64,000 nucleotides of DNA from an uncultured Bacillota bacterium (GTDB lineage Bacteria > Bacillota > Limnochordia > Limnochordales > ZCTH02-B6): contig CALJUZ010000106.1 in the NCBI GenBank assembly GCA_937975235.1, forward strand, positions 695 through 64,694, in the 5' to 3' direction. Shown here in pieces: positions 12,710-21,994 of this stretch; the first letter of the stretch is position 1; every line of letters begins with the position of its first letter. Both the position numbers and the translations under genes were made by a program. Under the pieces are notes generated by a model. It saw nothing but the letters and a program-made list of their open reading frames with translations, was not told the DNA's origin and made no database searches.

Positions 12710-12784
12710 GGGCCCGTAGCTCAGCGGTAGAGCAGTCGGCTCATAATCGATTGGTCGCTGGTTCGAATCCAGCCGGGCCCACCA
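12710..12784 (+). tRNA. tRNA with CAT anticodon, most likely tRNA-Ile2 (lysidine type)
   Basis: Cloverleaf GGGCCCG...CGGGCCC-A-CCA, loop CTCATAA; resembles Ile2 tRNAs (C4/C5 acceptor pairs) more than Met tRNAs. Confidence 0.85.
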
Positions 12785-12835
12785 TACCGCCCGGGCGCCG
12801 GCCGAAGGACGGCGGCGGGCCGTCGCCGGGCCTAT

Positions 12836-12864
12836 TTGACAAACCGGCCCCGGGGCGCTACAAT
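12836..12864 (+). promoter_or_regulatory. sigmaA promoter for tRNA-Glu
   Basis: TTGACA-N17-TACAAT. Confidence 0.85.
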
Positions 12865-12891
12865 GGACAAGGTCGGTTTTCACCGGGTCTT

Positions 12892-12967
12892 GGCCCCATC
12901 GTCTAGCGGCCTAGGACACCGCCCTTTCAAGGCGGCGGCACGGGTTCGAATCCCGTTGGGGCTACCA
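12892..12967 (+). tRNA. tRNA-Glu(TTC)
   Basis: GGCCCCATCGTCTAGCGGCCTAGGAC; anticodon arm CCGCC-CTTTCAA-GGCGG; GGTTCGAATCC; ends ACCA. Confidence 0.93.
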
Positions 12968-13036
12968 GCGGCGAGGCGGTCGTCTGTCCACTTTCGGACA
13001 CGGCGGCCGCTTCCGTTTTTTCGGGGGGGACTTGCG

Positions 13037-13954
13037 TTGGCGTCTCGCACTGCGGCGCCCGTGTCGGCCGGGCGCGGCTCGCTCCTGATTCTTCTAGCGG
13101 CCATGCTGTGGGGCACCACCGGCACGGCTCAGGCGCTGGCGCCCGTCGGCGCGACGCCGCTGGCGGTGGGCACGCTGCGGCTGGCCGTGGGCGGCGGGGC
13201 GCTGGTCCTCGTCTCGGCGCTGCGGGGCACGCTGCACGTCCGGCATTGGCGCCATCCGGCCGCCCTGCTGGCGGCCGCGGGCGTGGCGGGGTACCAGGCC
13301 AGCTTTTTCGGCGGCGTGGCCCGCACGGGCGTAGCCGTCGGCACGCTGGTGGCCATCGGCAGCGCTCCGGTCATCGCGGGCATCGTGGAAACGTTCCTGT
13401 CGGGCCGGCGGCCGGCGCCGCGCTGGTGGGCGGCCACGGGCACGGCCATCGCGGGCTCGGCCCTGCTTTTGGCCGGCGACGGAGGCTGGAACGCCGACGC
13501 CGCCGGCGTGCTGCTGGCGGTGACGGCGGGCGCGTCCTTCGCCGTCTACACCGTGGCCAGCAAGTCGCTGCTGCAGCGGCTGAGCCCTGACGCGGCCATC
13601 GCCACCACGTTCTTCACCGGCGCGCTGGTGCTCTCGCCGGTGCTTTTCACCGCGGACTTTCGCTGGGCGCTGGAGCCGCGGGGACTGGCCGTGGCCCTGC
13701 ACTTGGGATTGGTGGCCACCGCCCTCGCGTACGTGCTCTACGTGCGGGGCTTGACGGGCGTCACCGCGGCCGCCGCCGCGACGCTGACCCTGGCGGAGCC
13801 GATGACCGCGGGCCTGCTCAGCGCGCTGGTGCTGGGCGAGCGCCTGGCGCCGCTGTCCTACTTCGGAGCGGCCATGGTGCTGGTCGCGCTGGTCATGCTG
13901 TCCCTGCCGGACAGGGGCCAGCGGCGGGCGGACGTGCCCGCCGCGCGGTCATGA
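13037..13954 (+). CDS. EamA/DMT family transporter
   Basis: About 10 hydrophobic segments, 'AAMLWGTTG', 'TLAEPMTA..LS..VLGERL'. TTG 13037 follows a G-rich RBS. Confidence 0.9.
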   Translation: MASRTAAPVSAGRGSLLILLAAMLWGTTGTAQALAPVGATPLAVGTLRLAVGGGALVLVSALRGTLHVRHWRHPAALLAAAGVAGYQASFFGGVARTGVAVGTLVAIGSAPVIAGIVETFLSGRRPAPRWWAATGTAIAGSALLLAGDGGWNADAAGVLLAVTAGASFAVYTVASKSLLQRLSPDAAIATTFFTGALVLSPVLFTADFRWALEPRGLAVALHLGLVATALAYVLYVRGLTGVTAAAAATLTLAEPMTAGLLSALVLGERLAPLSYFGAAMVLVALVMLSLPDRGQRRADVPAARS

Positions 13955-14006
13955 CGGAGTCCCCGTCCGCGTGGGCGCCCTCGGGCCGGCGCCGGGCGTC
14001 GGGCCG

Positions 14007-14270
14007 TCAGACCATGGCCGGCGTCTTCGCCATGTCCTGCAGCTCCGGCAGCAGGCGCTGCACGTCTTCCTGACGCGCGGGGACGGGCGTGTACCAGCCG
14101 CGCTGCTCCATCAGCTTCGTCAGCTGCTCCTGCCGCCGGACCGCGGTCTGCGACATCTCCAGGAAGGCCTGTCTCACCTCAGGCGTGGAAGCCTCCACCG
14201 CGGAGCCGGCAAATCCTTTTGCGCACGCCTTCAACGCGTCGTTGCAGGCGGTGGCCACGATTTTGTCCAT
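14007..14270 (-). CDS. Coat F-like spore protein
   Basis: AAGGAGG RBS; 'AVEASTPEVRQAFLEMSQTAVRRQEQLTKLMEQRGWY' resembles Coat F domain (ExxTPELR...M..KGWY). Confidence 0.75.
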   Translation of the reverse strand: MDKIVATACNDALKACAKGFAGSAVEASTPEVRQAFLEMSQTAVRRQEQLTKLMEQRGWYTPVPARQEDVQRLLPELQDMAKTPAMV

Positions 14271-14361
14271 GCCGAATCCTCCTTGCCTCTTTGGTCCGGC
14301 GGGCCGCCCGATCGCGGGCCGGCGCCCGGGTTCCGCCCGGACCCGTGGTGCTGTCGGTGTG

Positions 14362-14553
14362 CTACGACTGCAGGAAGCCCATGAGGCGCTGCACGTTTTC
14401 CTCGGCCAGACGCCCTTGCTCCTCCACGAAGCGGCGCAGCTCCGGGTCCTGGCACTGCCGGGCCATGGAGCGCGCGTGGTGGGCGACGACGGCCTCGGAG
14501 CGCAGGTGCTCCTGGATGTGCAAGAACTCATGGGCTTTCAGCTTGTGCGACAC
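14362..14553 (-). CDS. Small helical spore-coat-associated protein (partner of Coat F gene)
   Basis: GGAGGAGG RBS, GTG start; 'KLKAHEFLHIQEHLRSE...QCQDPELRRFVEEQ...LMGFL'. Confidence 0.65.
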   Translation of the reverse strand: MSHKLKAHEFLHIQEHLRSEAVVAHHARSMARQCQDPELRRFVEEQGRLAEENVQRLMGFLQS

Positions 14554-14650
14554 GGGCAGCCTCCTCCCGAAAGCGATTCGCCGGGCGCGCCGGCGCGGCA
14601 CGGCGATCCGCCGGAGCGCCAAGGCCCCCCGTCCGGCCGCCGTCCCGCGG

Positions 14651-14679
14651 TTAGTTTGCCTTGTCCCCGAGGCGCTATG
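14651..14679 (-). promoter_or_regulatory. sigmaG-like promoter of the coat-F pair
   Basis: Minus strand ACATA-N17-CAAACTA versus consensus G(A/C/T)ATA-N17/18-CA(A/T)A(A/C)TA. Confidence 0.5.
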
Positions 14680-14756
14680 TGCGGCCGCCCTGACACATTT
14701 TGCCGCGGACGGGCGCCGCGGCGGGCGCGACAGGAATTCGGCGTCCCGTCTGGAAC

Positions 14757-16100
14757 ATGGGAGGCATGGGAAGATCACCTTGGGCATGGAACCCGCCGGG
14801 TCCGGTGGCCGTCGTGTCCCCGCCGCCGGGGCCGGTGGAAAGCCACATTCTGGTGCCCGGCTCCAAAAGCTTCACCAACCGCGCGCTGCTGGTCGCGGCC
14901 ATGGCCGACGGTCCGTCGGAGCTGACGGGCGTCCTGCGCAGCGACGACAGCTACTGGGCGGTGGAGACGTTGCGCGCCCTGGGCGTGGCGGTGGAGGTGG
15001 ACGGCACCACCGTGCGGGTGGAGGGCAGGGGCGCGGTGTGGCCCGTGGAGCAGGGACGCCTGTACGTCGGCTCCGCGGGCACGCTGGCCCGGTTTCTGCC
15101 CGGGGCTCTGGCCGCGGCCCCGCGGGGCCGGTGGGAAGTGGACGGCAGCCCGCAGCTCCGGGCGCGCCCCGTGGCGCCGCTGGTGGAAGCGCTGCGGACC
15201 CTGGGGGCCGACGTCCGCTACGCCACCCAGCGCCCCGGCCTGCCTCTTTTGGTGAGGGCCGGACTCCGCGGCGGGGCCGTCCGCATCCCCGGCAGCGTCT
15301 CCAGCCAGTTCACCAGCGGCGTGCTGCTGGCCGCGCCGTATGCCCGCGCGCCGGTATCGGTGGCGGTCACCGGCGGGCTGGTGCAGCCCGAATACGTGGG
15401 CATCACCATCGAGCTTATGCGCGCGTTCGGGGCGCAGGTGGAGCACGGGCCCGACTACACCGCCATCCAGGTGGCCCCGGGACGCTACCGGGGGCGCTCC
15501 TACGCGCTGGAGGCCGACGCGTCCACCGCCTGTTATTTCCTGACCCTGGCCGCCTTGACCCAAGGGCGCGTGCGGGTGGCCAACGTGGGCTACGACTCGC
15601 TGCAGCCCGACGCGCGCTTCGTGGACGTGCTGGAGCGCCTGGGCTGCCGCGTGCGGCGGGAGCCGGGGTTTCTTGAAGTGGAGGGCCCCGAGCGGCTGCG
15701 GGGCCACCTCACGGCGGACATGAGCCTCATGTCGGATCAGGCTCTGACGCTGGGCGTGGCGGCGGTATTTGCGGACGGTCCCGTGGAGGTGAGGGGCGTG
15801 CCCCATATCCGCCGGCACGAATCGGACCGCATCCGGGTCTTCTGCGCGCAAATGGCCCGCCTGGGCATCCGCGCGGAGGAGCGGGAGGACGGCTTCGTCG
15901 TCTACCCCGGCCGGCCCGTTCCCGGACCGGTTCTAGATCCTCACGACGACCATCGCCAAGCTATGGCCTTCGCGCTGCTGGGCGCCCGCGTGCCGGGCAT
16001 CCGCATCCAGGATCCCGGCTGCGTTTCCAAGACGTGTCCGCCGTACTTCGACATGCTGGCGCAGCTCGGCGTCCGCATCGATTACGAGCCGCTGCCTTAG
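14757..16100 (+). CDS. aroA: 3-phosphoshikimate 1-carboxyvinyltransferase (EPSP synthase)
   Basis: PGSKSFTNRAL, GSAGTLARF, SSQF, ESDRI, DDHRQAM, CVSKT. Start uncertain (14757 or 14766). Confidence 0.92.
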   Translation: MGGMGRSPWAWNPPGPVAVVSPPPGPVESHILVPGSKSFTNRALLVAAMADGPSELTGVLRSDDSYWAVETLRALGVAVEVDGTTVRVEGRGAVWPVEQGRLYVGSAGTLARFLPGALAAAPRGRWEVDGSPQLRARPVAPLVEALRTLGADVRYATQRPGLPLLVRAGLRGGAVRIPGSVSSQFTSGVLLAAPYARAPVSVAVTGGLVQPEYVGITIELMRAFGAQVEHGPDYTAIQVAPGRYRGRSYALEADASTACYFLTLAALTQGRVRVANVGYDSLQPDARFVDVLERLGCRVRREPGFLEVEGPERLRGHLTADMSLMSDQALTLGVAAVFADGPVEVRGVPHIRRHESDRIRVFCAQMARLGIRAEEREDGFVVYPGRPVPGPVLDPHDDHRQAMAFALLGARVPGIRIQDPGCVSKTCPPYFDMLAQLGVRIDYEPLP

Positions 16101-16139
16101 CGGCTTGCCAAGACTTTGCACGAAAGGCCGGTGACGTAG

Positions 16140-17960
16140 TTGTCGACGCTGAAAAAACCGTTGCCGCAAGTGTGGGAGCTGGAGCAGTTTTTTGCCGGCG
16201 GGAGCGAATCCGCCCAGCTGCAGGCGCACCTGGAGCAGCTGACGGCCGATATCGAGCGCTTCGCCGCGGACGTGCCCCATTTGGCCGTGCCCCGGACGGA
16301 GGCGGACATCGGGCCGCTGGCGGCGGTGGTGAACACGCTGCAAGACTTGGCGGACCGGCTGGGCCAGGCCTCGGCCTTCACCGGCTGCCTGGTCGCGCAG
16401 CACGTGGAGGACGCCCGGGCCCGCATCGCCGGGGCGCAGGTGCGGCGCCTGGCCGCCACGCTGGAAGCGGCCCTGACGGCGCTGGACGAGAAGCTGCTGG
16501 CCGTGCCGGAGCCGGTGTGGCAAGCGCTTCTGGCCCACGAAGCCGTGGCGCCCGTGGCCTTTGCGGTGGACGAGCGGCGGCGGCGCGCTCGGGAGCGCAT
16601 GGCGCCGGACAAGGAAGCGCTGGCCGTGGAGCTCAGCGTGGAAGGCTACCACGCGTGGAGCCAGATGTACCACCTGGTGTCGGGCAAAATCCGGGTTCCG
16701 GTGGAGGAAGACGGGAAAGAAGTGCTGCTGTCGGTGGGCCAGGCGGCCAATCGCTTGTCGGATCCCGACCGGGAGGTGCGCCGGCGGGTGTTCGAGGCGT
16801 ACGAGGCCGCGTGGGCCGAGCAGGCCGACATTTTTTCCACCACCCTCAACAACCTGGCCGGCTACCGCCTGACGCTGTACAAGTACCGGGGCTGGGATTC
16901 GGTCCTCAAGGAGCCGCTGGACGCCAACCGCATGACCGAGGCCACCTTGAACGCCATGTGGTCCGCGGTGGAAAAAGGGAAGGGCAAGCTGCTGGACTAC
17001 TTCGCCGCCAAGGCGGCCCTGCTGGGTCTGGACCGGCTCAGCTTCTACGACCTGAACGCGCCGGTGGGCCAAACGGACGCGGAAAAAATTCCGTACGACG
17101 ACGCGGCGCAGTTCATCGTCGAGCAGTTCGGCCGCTTCAGCCCGAGCCTGCGGGATTTGGCCGTCACCGCGTTCAACGAAGGCTGGATTGAGGCGGAGGA
17201 TCGCCCGGGCAAGAGCGCCGGCGGCTTCTGCACCAGCTTCCCGCTGAGCGGGCAGAGCCGCATCTTCATGACGTACGGCGGCCGGTCTTCGTCGGTGGAC
17301 ACGCTGGCCCACGAGCTGGGCCACGCGTACCATTTCCACGTGATGAGGGACCTGCCGCCTTTGGCCCGGGAGTACCCCATGAACCTGGCGGAAACCGCGT
17401 CCACGCTGGCGGAAATGGTGGTGGCCGACGGCGCGCTGGAGGCCGCGTCCGACCCGTCGCGCCGGCTGGCCCTGCTGGACAACCGTCTGGGCCGCGCCAC
17501 CGCCTTCCTGATGGATATCCACGCGCGCTTCTTGTTCGAGACCGAGTTTTACGAAGCCCGCCGGCGGGGCGCGCTGGGCGCCGACGAGCTGAACCAGCGG
17601 ATGGAGGCCGCGCAGCGCAGGGCGTTCCTGGACGGGCTGGCCCGCTACCACCCGCTGTTTTGGGCCAGCAAGCTGCATTTCCACATCACCTACGCGCCGT
17701 TTTACAACTTCCCGTATACGTTCGGGTACTTGTTCAGCGCGGGGATTTACGCCCGCCGGGAGCGCCTGGGGGCCGACTTCCCGCGGGTGGTGGACGCGCT
17801 GCTGCTGGACACCGGCCGCATGACGGCGGAAGACCTGGCGAAGAAGCACCTGGACGTGGATCTGACCACGGAGCGGTTTTGGGCCGAAGCGGTGGATCAC
17901 GTCCTCCGGGACGTGGACGAGTTCGTCCGGCTGGCCCGCGAGGAAACGGGCCGGCGCTAG
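16140..17960 (+). CDS. M3B oligoendopeptidase (PepF-like)
   Basis: RPGKSAGGFCT, TLAHELGHAYH (HExxH), AETASTLAE, PFYNFPYTFG. Confidence 0.93.
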   Translation: MSTLKKPLPQVWELEQFFAGGSESAQLQAHLEQLTADIERFAADVPHLAVPRTEADIGPLAAVVNTLQDLADRLGQASAFTGCLVAQHVEDARARIAGAQVRRLAATLEAALTALDEKLLAVPEPVWQALLAHEAVAPVAFAVDERRRRARERMAPDKEALAVELSVEGYHAWSQMYHLVSGKIRVPVEEDGKEVLLSVGQAANRLSDPDREVRRRVFEAYEAAWAEQADIFSTTLNNLAGYRLTLYKYRGWDSVLKEPLDANRMTEATLNAMWSAVEKGKGKLLDYFAAKAALLGLDRLSFYDLNAPVGQTDAEKIPYDDAAQFIVEQFGRFSPSLRDLAVTAFNEGWIEAEDRPGKSAGGFCTSFPLSGQSRIFMTYGGRSSSVDTLAHELGHAYHFHVMRDLPPLAREYPMNLAETASTLAEMVVADGALEAASDPSRRLALLDNRLGRATAFLMDIHARFLFETEFYEARRRGALGADELNQRMEAAQRRAFLDGLARYHPLFWASKLHFHITYAPFYNFPYTFGYLFSAGIYARRERLGADFPRVVDALLLDTGRMTAEDLAKKHLDVDLTTERFWAEAVDHVLRDVDEFVRLAREETGRR

Positions 17961-17996
17961 CCCGGCGCCGGCCCTCGCGTCGGCGCCCGGTGCAGA

Positions 17997-18006
17997 GGGC
18001 ATACTA
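17997..18006 (+). promoter_or_regulatory. Forespore (sigmaF/sigmaG)-type -10 element before the SASP gene
   Basis: GGGCATACTA; -35 poorly conserved. Confidence 0.5.
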
Positions 18007-18026
18007 GCCCTGGAGGTGCTGCATCC

Positions 18027-18227
18027 ATGGCTCGTCGCCGCGGCGTCATGTCGGACGCCCTCAAATACGAGCTGGCGCAGGAACTGGGCTTTGCCCACAA
18101 AGTCCGTCCCGGAGACTGGGGCGAGATCACGGCGCGCGAAGCCGGTTCCCTGGTGAGGGCGGCCATTGAGCGCGCGGAGCGGCAGCTGGCGCAGCAGCCC
18201 CGGCGGCTGCGGCACGGATGGCGCTGA
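18027..18227 (+). CDS. Small acid-soluble spore protein, alpha/beta type (SspF-like)
   Basis: GGAGGT RBS; 'MSDALKYELAQELGF...GDWGEITAREAGSLVRAAIERAE'. Confidence 0.88.
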   Translation: MARRRGVMSDALKYELAQELGFAHKVRPGDWGEITAREAGSLVRAAIERAERQLAQQPRRLRHGWR

Positions 18228-18233
18228 CCTCCG

Positions 18234-18259
18234 GCCCCCGGCGTTGCCGGGGGCTTTTT
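18234..18259 (+). terminator. Intrinsic terminator
   Basis: GCCCCCGGC-GTT-GCCGGGGGC followed by TTTTT. Confidence 0.85.
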
Positions 18260-18320
18260 CTTGTCTTCTCGGCCACCCCTTTCCGCCGGCGGCGCGGAAG
18301 AGGGCCCGGGGCTGCGTTCG

Positions 18321-18347
18321 GCAGGGAACCGGCCCTATTTGTCGAAC
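18321..18347 (+). promoter_or_regulatory. sigmaH-like promoter overlapping a perfect Spo0A box
   Basis: GCAGGGAA...GTCGAAC (AGGG-N17-GAAC); TGTCGAA at 18340-18346. Confidence 0.5.
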
Positions 18348-18415
18348 GTTTGCCACGTGGGCGGAATAGTCAGGGATATCTCCCCGATGCCGCGTCGAGA
18401 AGGCGGTGATGGCAT

Positions 18416-18598
18416 TTGGAACGGCTATGTGAAATTTGCGGAAAACCGATCTCGCGGGAACGGCTGCAGGCGCTGCCCGAGACGAGGCGGTGTGTCACGT
18501 GTGCGGAGCGCAACGGCTCGGACGTGACCGCGCCCCGGGTCGGGATCGGCATGGACATCGATACGTACAAAGACTTGCTGGGCGCCACCCGCAGCTGA
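18416..18598 (+). CDS. TraR/DksA C4-type zinc finger protein
   Basis: CEICGKPISRERLQALPETRRCVTC. Confidence 0.88.
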   Translation: MERLCEICGKPISRERLQALPETRRCVTCAERNGSDVTAPRVGIGMDIDTYKDLLGATRS

Positions 18599-18715
18599 CC
18601 GGCGGCGGGGAAAAGCGGGGGAGCGGAAGGTGCGCCGCCGCGGCGGCCGCAGCTTCGGCGCGGGGCGGCACGGCGCACCTGCCATGGCGCCCGCAGGCGG
18701 CGCGGGCCCGGCGGC

Positions 18716-19054
18716 TCAGTCCGCCGCCCGGCTCTCGGGACCTACCGAATCGGCCACCCACTGAATGTAGTCCGCGTTGCCCCCGACCACGTCAAAGGCC
18801 GTAACGCACGGCACGGAGTACGAGTGCAGTTCCCGCACCGCGGCGGTCAGTTCGGGCAGCATGTCGCGGGTGCTTTTCAGCAGCAACAGCGTCTCGCCGT
18901 CTTCGACGACTTTTCCTTCCCAGCGGTAGACGGAGTGAATGGCCGGCACGATGTTGGCGCAGGCGGCCAGCCGCTTCTCCACCAGCGCGCGGCCGATGCG
19001 GCGCGCTTCCTCCTCGCCGGCCGTGGTGACGTAGACGAGAATCGCGTCGCTCAT
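18716..19054 (-). CDS. cutA: CutA divalent-cation tolerance protein
   Basis: LVEKRLAACANI...SVYRWEGKV...ELHSYSVP. Confidence 0.95.
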   Translation of the reverse strand: MSDAILVYVTTAGEEEARRIGRALVEKRLAACANIVPAIHSVYRWEGKVVEDGETLLLLKSTRDMLPELTAAVRELHSYSVPCVTAFDVVGGNADYIQWVADSVGPESRAAD

Positions 19055-19135
19055 GCAAGCCGCCACCTCTCCTTAAGAAGATGCAAAAGCGGCGCCGCCC
19101 GGCGGACGGCGCCGCGAAAAGCACAACCGCTCTCC

Positions 19136-20257
19136 TCAGCGCTGATCGACAGGCACGAAGGTCTGGTCCCGCGGCCCGACGTACTCGGCCCGCGGCCGGA
19201 TGAGGCGGTTGTCGTCCAGCTGTTCGAGAATGTGGGCCGTCCAGCCCGACACGCGGCTGAAGGCGAAAATGGGCGTGAACAGCTCCATGGGAATGCCCAG
19301 CATGTAGTACGTGGACGCGGAGTAAAAGTCCACGTTGGGATACAGGCCTTTCTTCTCGTACATCAGCTGCTCCAGGCGGCGGGACATCTCGTACCACTTG
19401 GTCTCGCCCCGCTTTTCGCCCAGCTGCTGCGAGAACCGGCGCAAATAGTCGGCCCGCGGGTCGCCGGTCTTGTAGACGCGGTGGCCGAAGCCCATAATGC
19501 GCTCTTTGCGTTCCAGCGCCGCCTCCAGCCACTCGTCAACCCGGTCCGCTTCGCCGATGGCCAGCAACGTGCGCATAACCTGCTCGTTGGCGCCGCCGTG
19601 CAGGGGGCCTTTGAGCGCGCCGATGGCCGCGGTGACGGCCGAGTACACGTCAGACAGCGTCGACGTCACCACCCGCGCCGTAAACGTGGACGCGTTCAGC
19701 TCGTGGTCCGCGTGCAAAATCAGCGCGGCGTCGAAAATTTCCGCGTCCATCCGATCCGGTTCGCGGCCGTGCAGCATGTACAGGAAGTTGGCCGCCAGGC
19801 CCAGCTCCGGCTTGGGCGGCACCGGGTCCTTGCCCTCGCGCAGGCGGCCGTTGTAGGCCACGATGACGGGCACCTTGGCCAAAAGGCGCGCCGCCTTGCG
19901 TCGGTTGGCCTCGCGATCCTGCACCGACGTGTCCGGGTCGAACAGCCCCAGCGCCGACACCGCCGTGCGCAGCACCGCCATGGGCTCCGCGTCTTTCGGG
20001 CTGGCCTTGAGGAAGTCCACCAGCTGTTCGGGCAGGGCGGCTTCCGCCGCGAGCTGTTCCTTGAACCGCTCCAGCTCGGCGGCCGCCGGCAGCTGACCGT
20101 TCCAGAGCAAATACACGACTTCCTCGAAGGTCGCCTTGCCGACCAGCTCGCTTATGTCATAGCCGCGGTACACCAGCTGTCGCTTTTGACCGTCGATAAA
20201 GCAAATTTCCGAGCGCAGCGCGACAATGTCTTCAAGTCCGGCTTTAAAGGTCGACAT
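19136..20257 (-). CDS. citZ: Citrate synthase (Gram-positive CitZ/PrpC type)
   Basis: HADHELNASTF, GPLHGGANE, IMGFGHRVY, YPNVDFYS. Confidence 0.9.
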   Translation of the reverse strand: MSTFKAGLEDIVALRSEICFIDGQKRQLVYRGYDISELVGKATFEEVVYLLWNGQLPAAAELERFKEQLAAEAALPEQLVDFLKASPKDAEPMAVLRTAVSALGLFDPDTSVQDREANRRKAARLLAKVPVIVAYNGRLREGKDPVPPKPELGLAANFLYMLHGREPDRMDAEIFDAALILHADHELNASTFTARVVTSTLSDVYSAVTAAIGALKGPLHGGANEQVMRTLLAIGEADRVDEWLEAALERKERIMGFGHRVYKTGDPRADYLRRFSQQLGEKRGETKWYEMSRRLEQLMYEKKGLYPNVDFYSASTYYMLGIPMELFTPIFAFSRVSGWTAHILEQLDDNRLIRPRAEYVGPRDQTFVPVDQR

Positions 20258-20292
20258 TCCCCCAAACTCCTTTCCGAAGCCGACTCAGAAAT

Positions 20293-20306
20293 TGGTACCG
20301 CTCCCA
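20293..20306 (-). promoter_or_regulatory. cre-like (CcpA/LacI family) operator upstream of citZ
   Basis: TGGGAGCGGTACCA with central CG, inside a perfect AAATTGG-N8-CCAATTT inverted repeat (20289-20310). Confidence 0.65.
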
Positions 20307-20355
20307 ATTTTCTTTAAAGACGCGTCGTTTCCTGTTTCACCTCCTGGCGCACGGC

Positions 20356-20383
20356 AAAAAAAGGGCCGGACGAATGCCGGCCC
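20356..20383 (-). terminator. Intrinsic terminator after sufB
   Basis: GGGCCGG/CCGGCCC stem followed by 7 T on the minus strand. Confidence 0.8.
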
Positions 20384-20406
20384 CAGGTATGCTGCGGCGG
20401 GCGCCC

Positions 20407-21807
20407 TCAGCCCACCGATCCTTCCATTTCGAGCTGGATGAGGCGGTTCAGCTCCACCGCGTACTCCATGGGGAGCTCCTTGGTGAACGGTTCGAGGAAG
20501 CCCTGGACGACCATCATGGTCGCCTCGTCCTCGCTGAGACCGCGGCTCATCAGGTAGAACAGCTGGTCTTCCGCCACCTTGCTGATGGTGGCCTCGTGCT
20601 CCACGGCCACGTCCTCGTGCAGAATGTCCATGTACGGAATGGTTTCCGCCTTGGAACGGTCGTCGAACAGCAGCGCGTCGCAGTCCACCTTGCTGCGGGA
20701 GCCCTTGGCGTTGGGGTTGATCCGGATGAGCCCGCGGTAGGTGGTCGCGCCGCCGCCCTTGGAAATGGACTTCGACGTCACGATGGACGACGTGTTGGGC
20801 GCGTTGTGCACGATCTTCGCCCCGGCGTCCTGGTGCTGGCCTTTGCCCGCGAAGGCGATGGACAGCACTTCGCCGCGGGCGCCTTCGCCCATGAGGAAGA
20901 TGGCCGGATACTTCATCGTCGTCTTGCTGCCGATGTTGCCGTCCACCCATTCCATGGTCGCGCCTTCATAGGCCACGGCCCGCTTGGTCACCAGGTTGTA
21001 CACGTTGTTGGACCAGTTCTGGATGGTGGTGTAGCGGACGCGGCTGTTCTTCAGCGCGATGATTTCCACCACCGCCGCGTGCAAAGAGTCCGAGCTGTAA
21101 ATGGGCGCCGTGCAGCCTTCCACGTAGTGGACGAAGCTGCCTTCATCGGCGATGATGAGCGTGCGCTCGAACTGGCCCATGTTTTCCGCGTTGATGCGGA
21201 AGTAGGCCTGCAGCGGAATTTCCACCTTCACGCCCGGCGGCACGTAGATGAAGGAGCCGCCGCTCCACACCGCCGAGTTCAGCGCGGCGAACTTGTTGTC
21301 GCTGGGCGGCACCACGGTGCCGAAGTACTTTTTGACGATGTCCGGGTGCTCCTTGAGGCCCGAGTCCATGTCCAGGAAGATGACGCCCTGCTGGGCCAGA
21401 TCCTCCCGCATGCTGTGGTAGACCACTTCGGACTCGTACTGCGCCGACACGCCGGCGAGGAACTTTTGCTCGGCCTCCGGAATGCCCAGGCGGTCAAAGG
21501 TTTCCTTAATGTACTCCGGCACTTCGTCCCACGTGCGGCCCTTGCGCTCCGCGGGGCGCACGTAGTAGTGAATGTTGTCCAGGTCGACGCCGGACAAGTC
21601 CGCGCCCCAGGTGGGCATGGGCTTCTTGAAAAATGTCTCCAGAGCCTTCAGGCGAAAGTCCGTCATCCAGCCCGGTTCGCCCTTCATCTCGGAGATTTCG
21701 ACAACGAGTTCACGCGTCAGGCCTTTTCCGGATTTGAAAACGTACGCCTCCGGATCCTTAAACCCGTACTTATATTCCTGATCAATATCGATAACGGGCT
21801 TAGCCAC
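20407..21807 (-). CDS. sufB: Fe-S cluster assembly protein SufB
   Basis: [55 protein letters not shown] 21807 has a G-rich RBS; ATG 21837 is an alternative. Confidence 0.96.
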   Translation of the reverse strand: MAKPVIDIDQEYKYGFKDPEAYVFKSGKGLTRELVVEISEMKGEPGWMTDFRLKALETFFKKPMPTWGADLSGVDLDNIHYYVRPAERKGRTWDEVPEYIKETFDRLGIPEAEQKFLAGVSAQYESEVVYHSMREDLAQQGVIFLDMDSGLKEHPDIVKKYFGTVVPPSDNKFAALNSAVWSGGSFIYVPPGVKVEIPLQAYFRINAENMGQFERTLIIADEGSFVHYVEGCTAPIYSSDSLHAAVVEIIALKNSRVRYTTIQNWSNNVYNLVTKRAVAYEGATMEWVDGNIGSKTTMKYPAIFLMGEGARGEVLSIAFAGKGQHQDAGAKIVHNAPNTSSIVTSKSISKGGGATTYRGLIRINPNAKGSRSKVDCDALLFDDRSKAETIPYMDILHEDVAVEHEATISKVAEDQLFYLMSRGLSEDEATMMVVQGFLEPFTKELPMEYAVELNRLIQLEMEGSVG

Positions 21808-21958
21808 CGCTTGTTCCCCCCTCGTGAAGTCATCCATTCCTTATTATACCGTACGCCTGCGCCGGCGCAAGCAAAGGGCCGGTTTTTGGCGGCCGCCCGA
21901 AAAAAATGCGCTCGGGTGGGAGGAGTTGGGGAGTTTTCCCCGAACTAGCGCAGTACTG

Positions 21959-21994
21959 GTGGGGCAAAGTGGGTCAAAGTGGGGGAGACTGGGG
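21959..21994 (+). repeat. MraZ-binding repeats
   Basis: GTGGGG-N4-GTGGGT-N4-GTGGGG-N4-CTGGGG with 10-bp period directly before mraZ; two more copies at 21916 and 21926. Confidence 0.8.

Noticed and set aside
18600-18716. Long GC-rich inverted repeat (AGGTGCGCCG...CGGCGCACCT) as a possible ncRNA
   Set aside because: It lies between convergent genes and is most simply a bidirectional terminator or stabiliser.
21916-21994. Periodic G-rich repeats considered as CRISPR or VNTR
   Set aside because: 6-bp units with 4-bp spacers directly before mraZ fit MraZ operators; no cas genes or 25-40 bp repeats.
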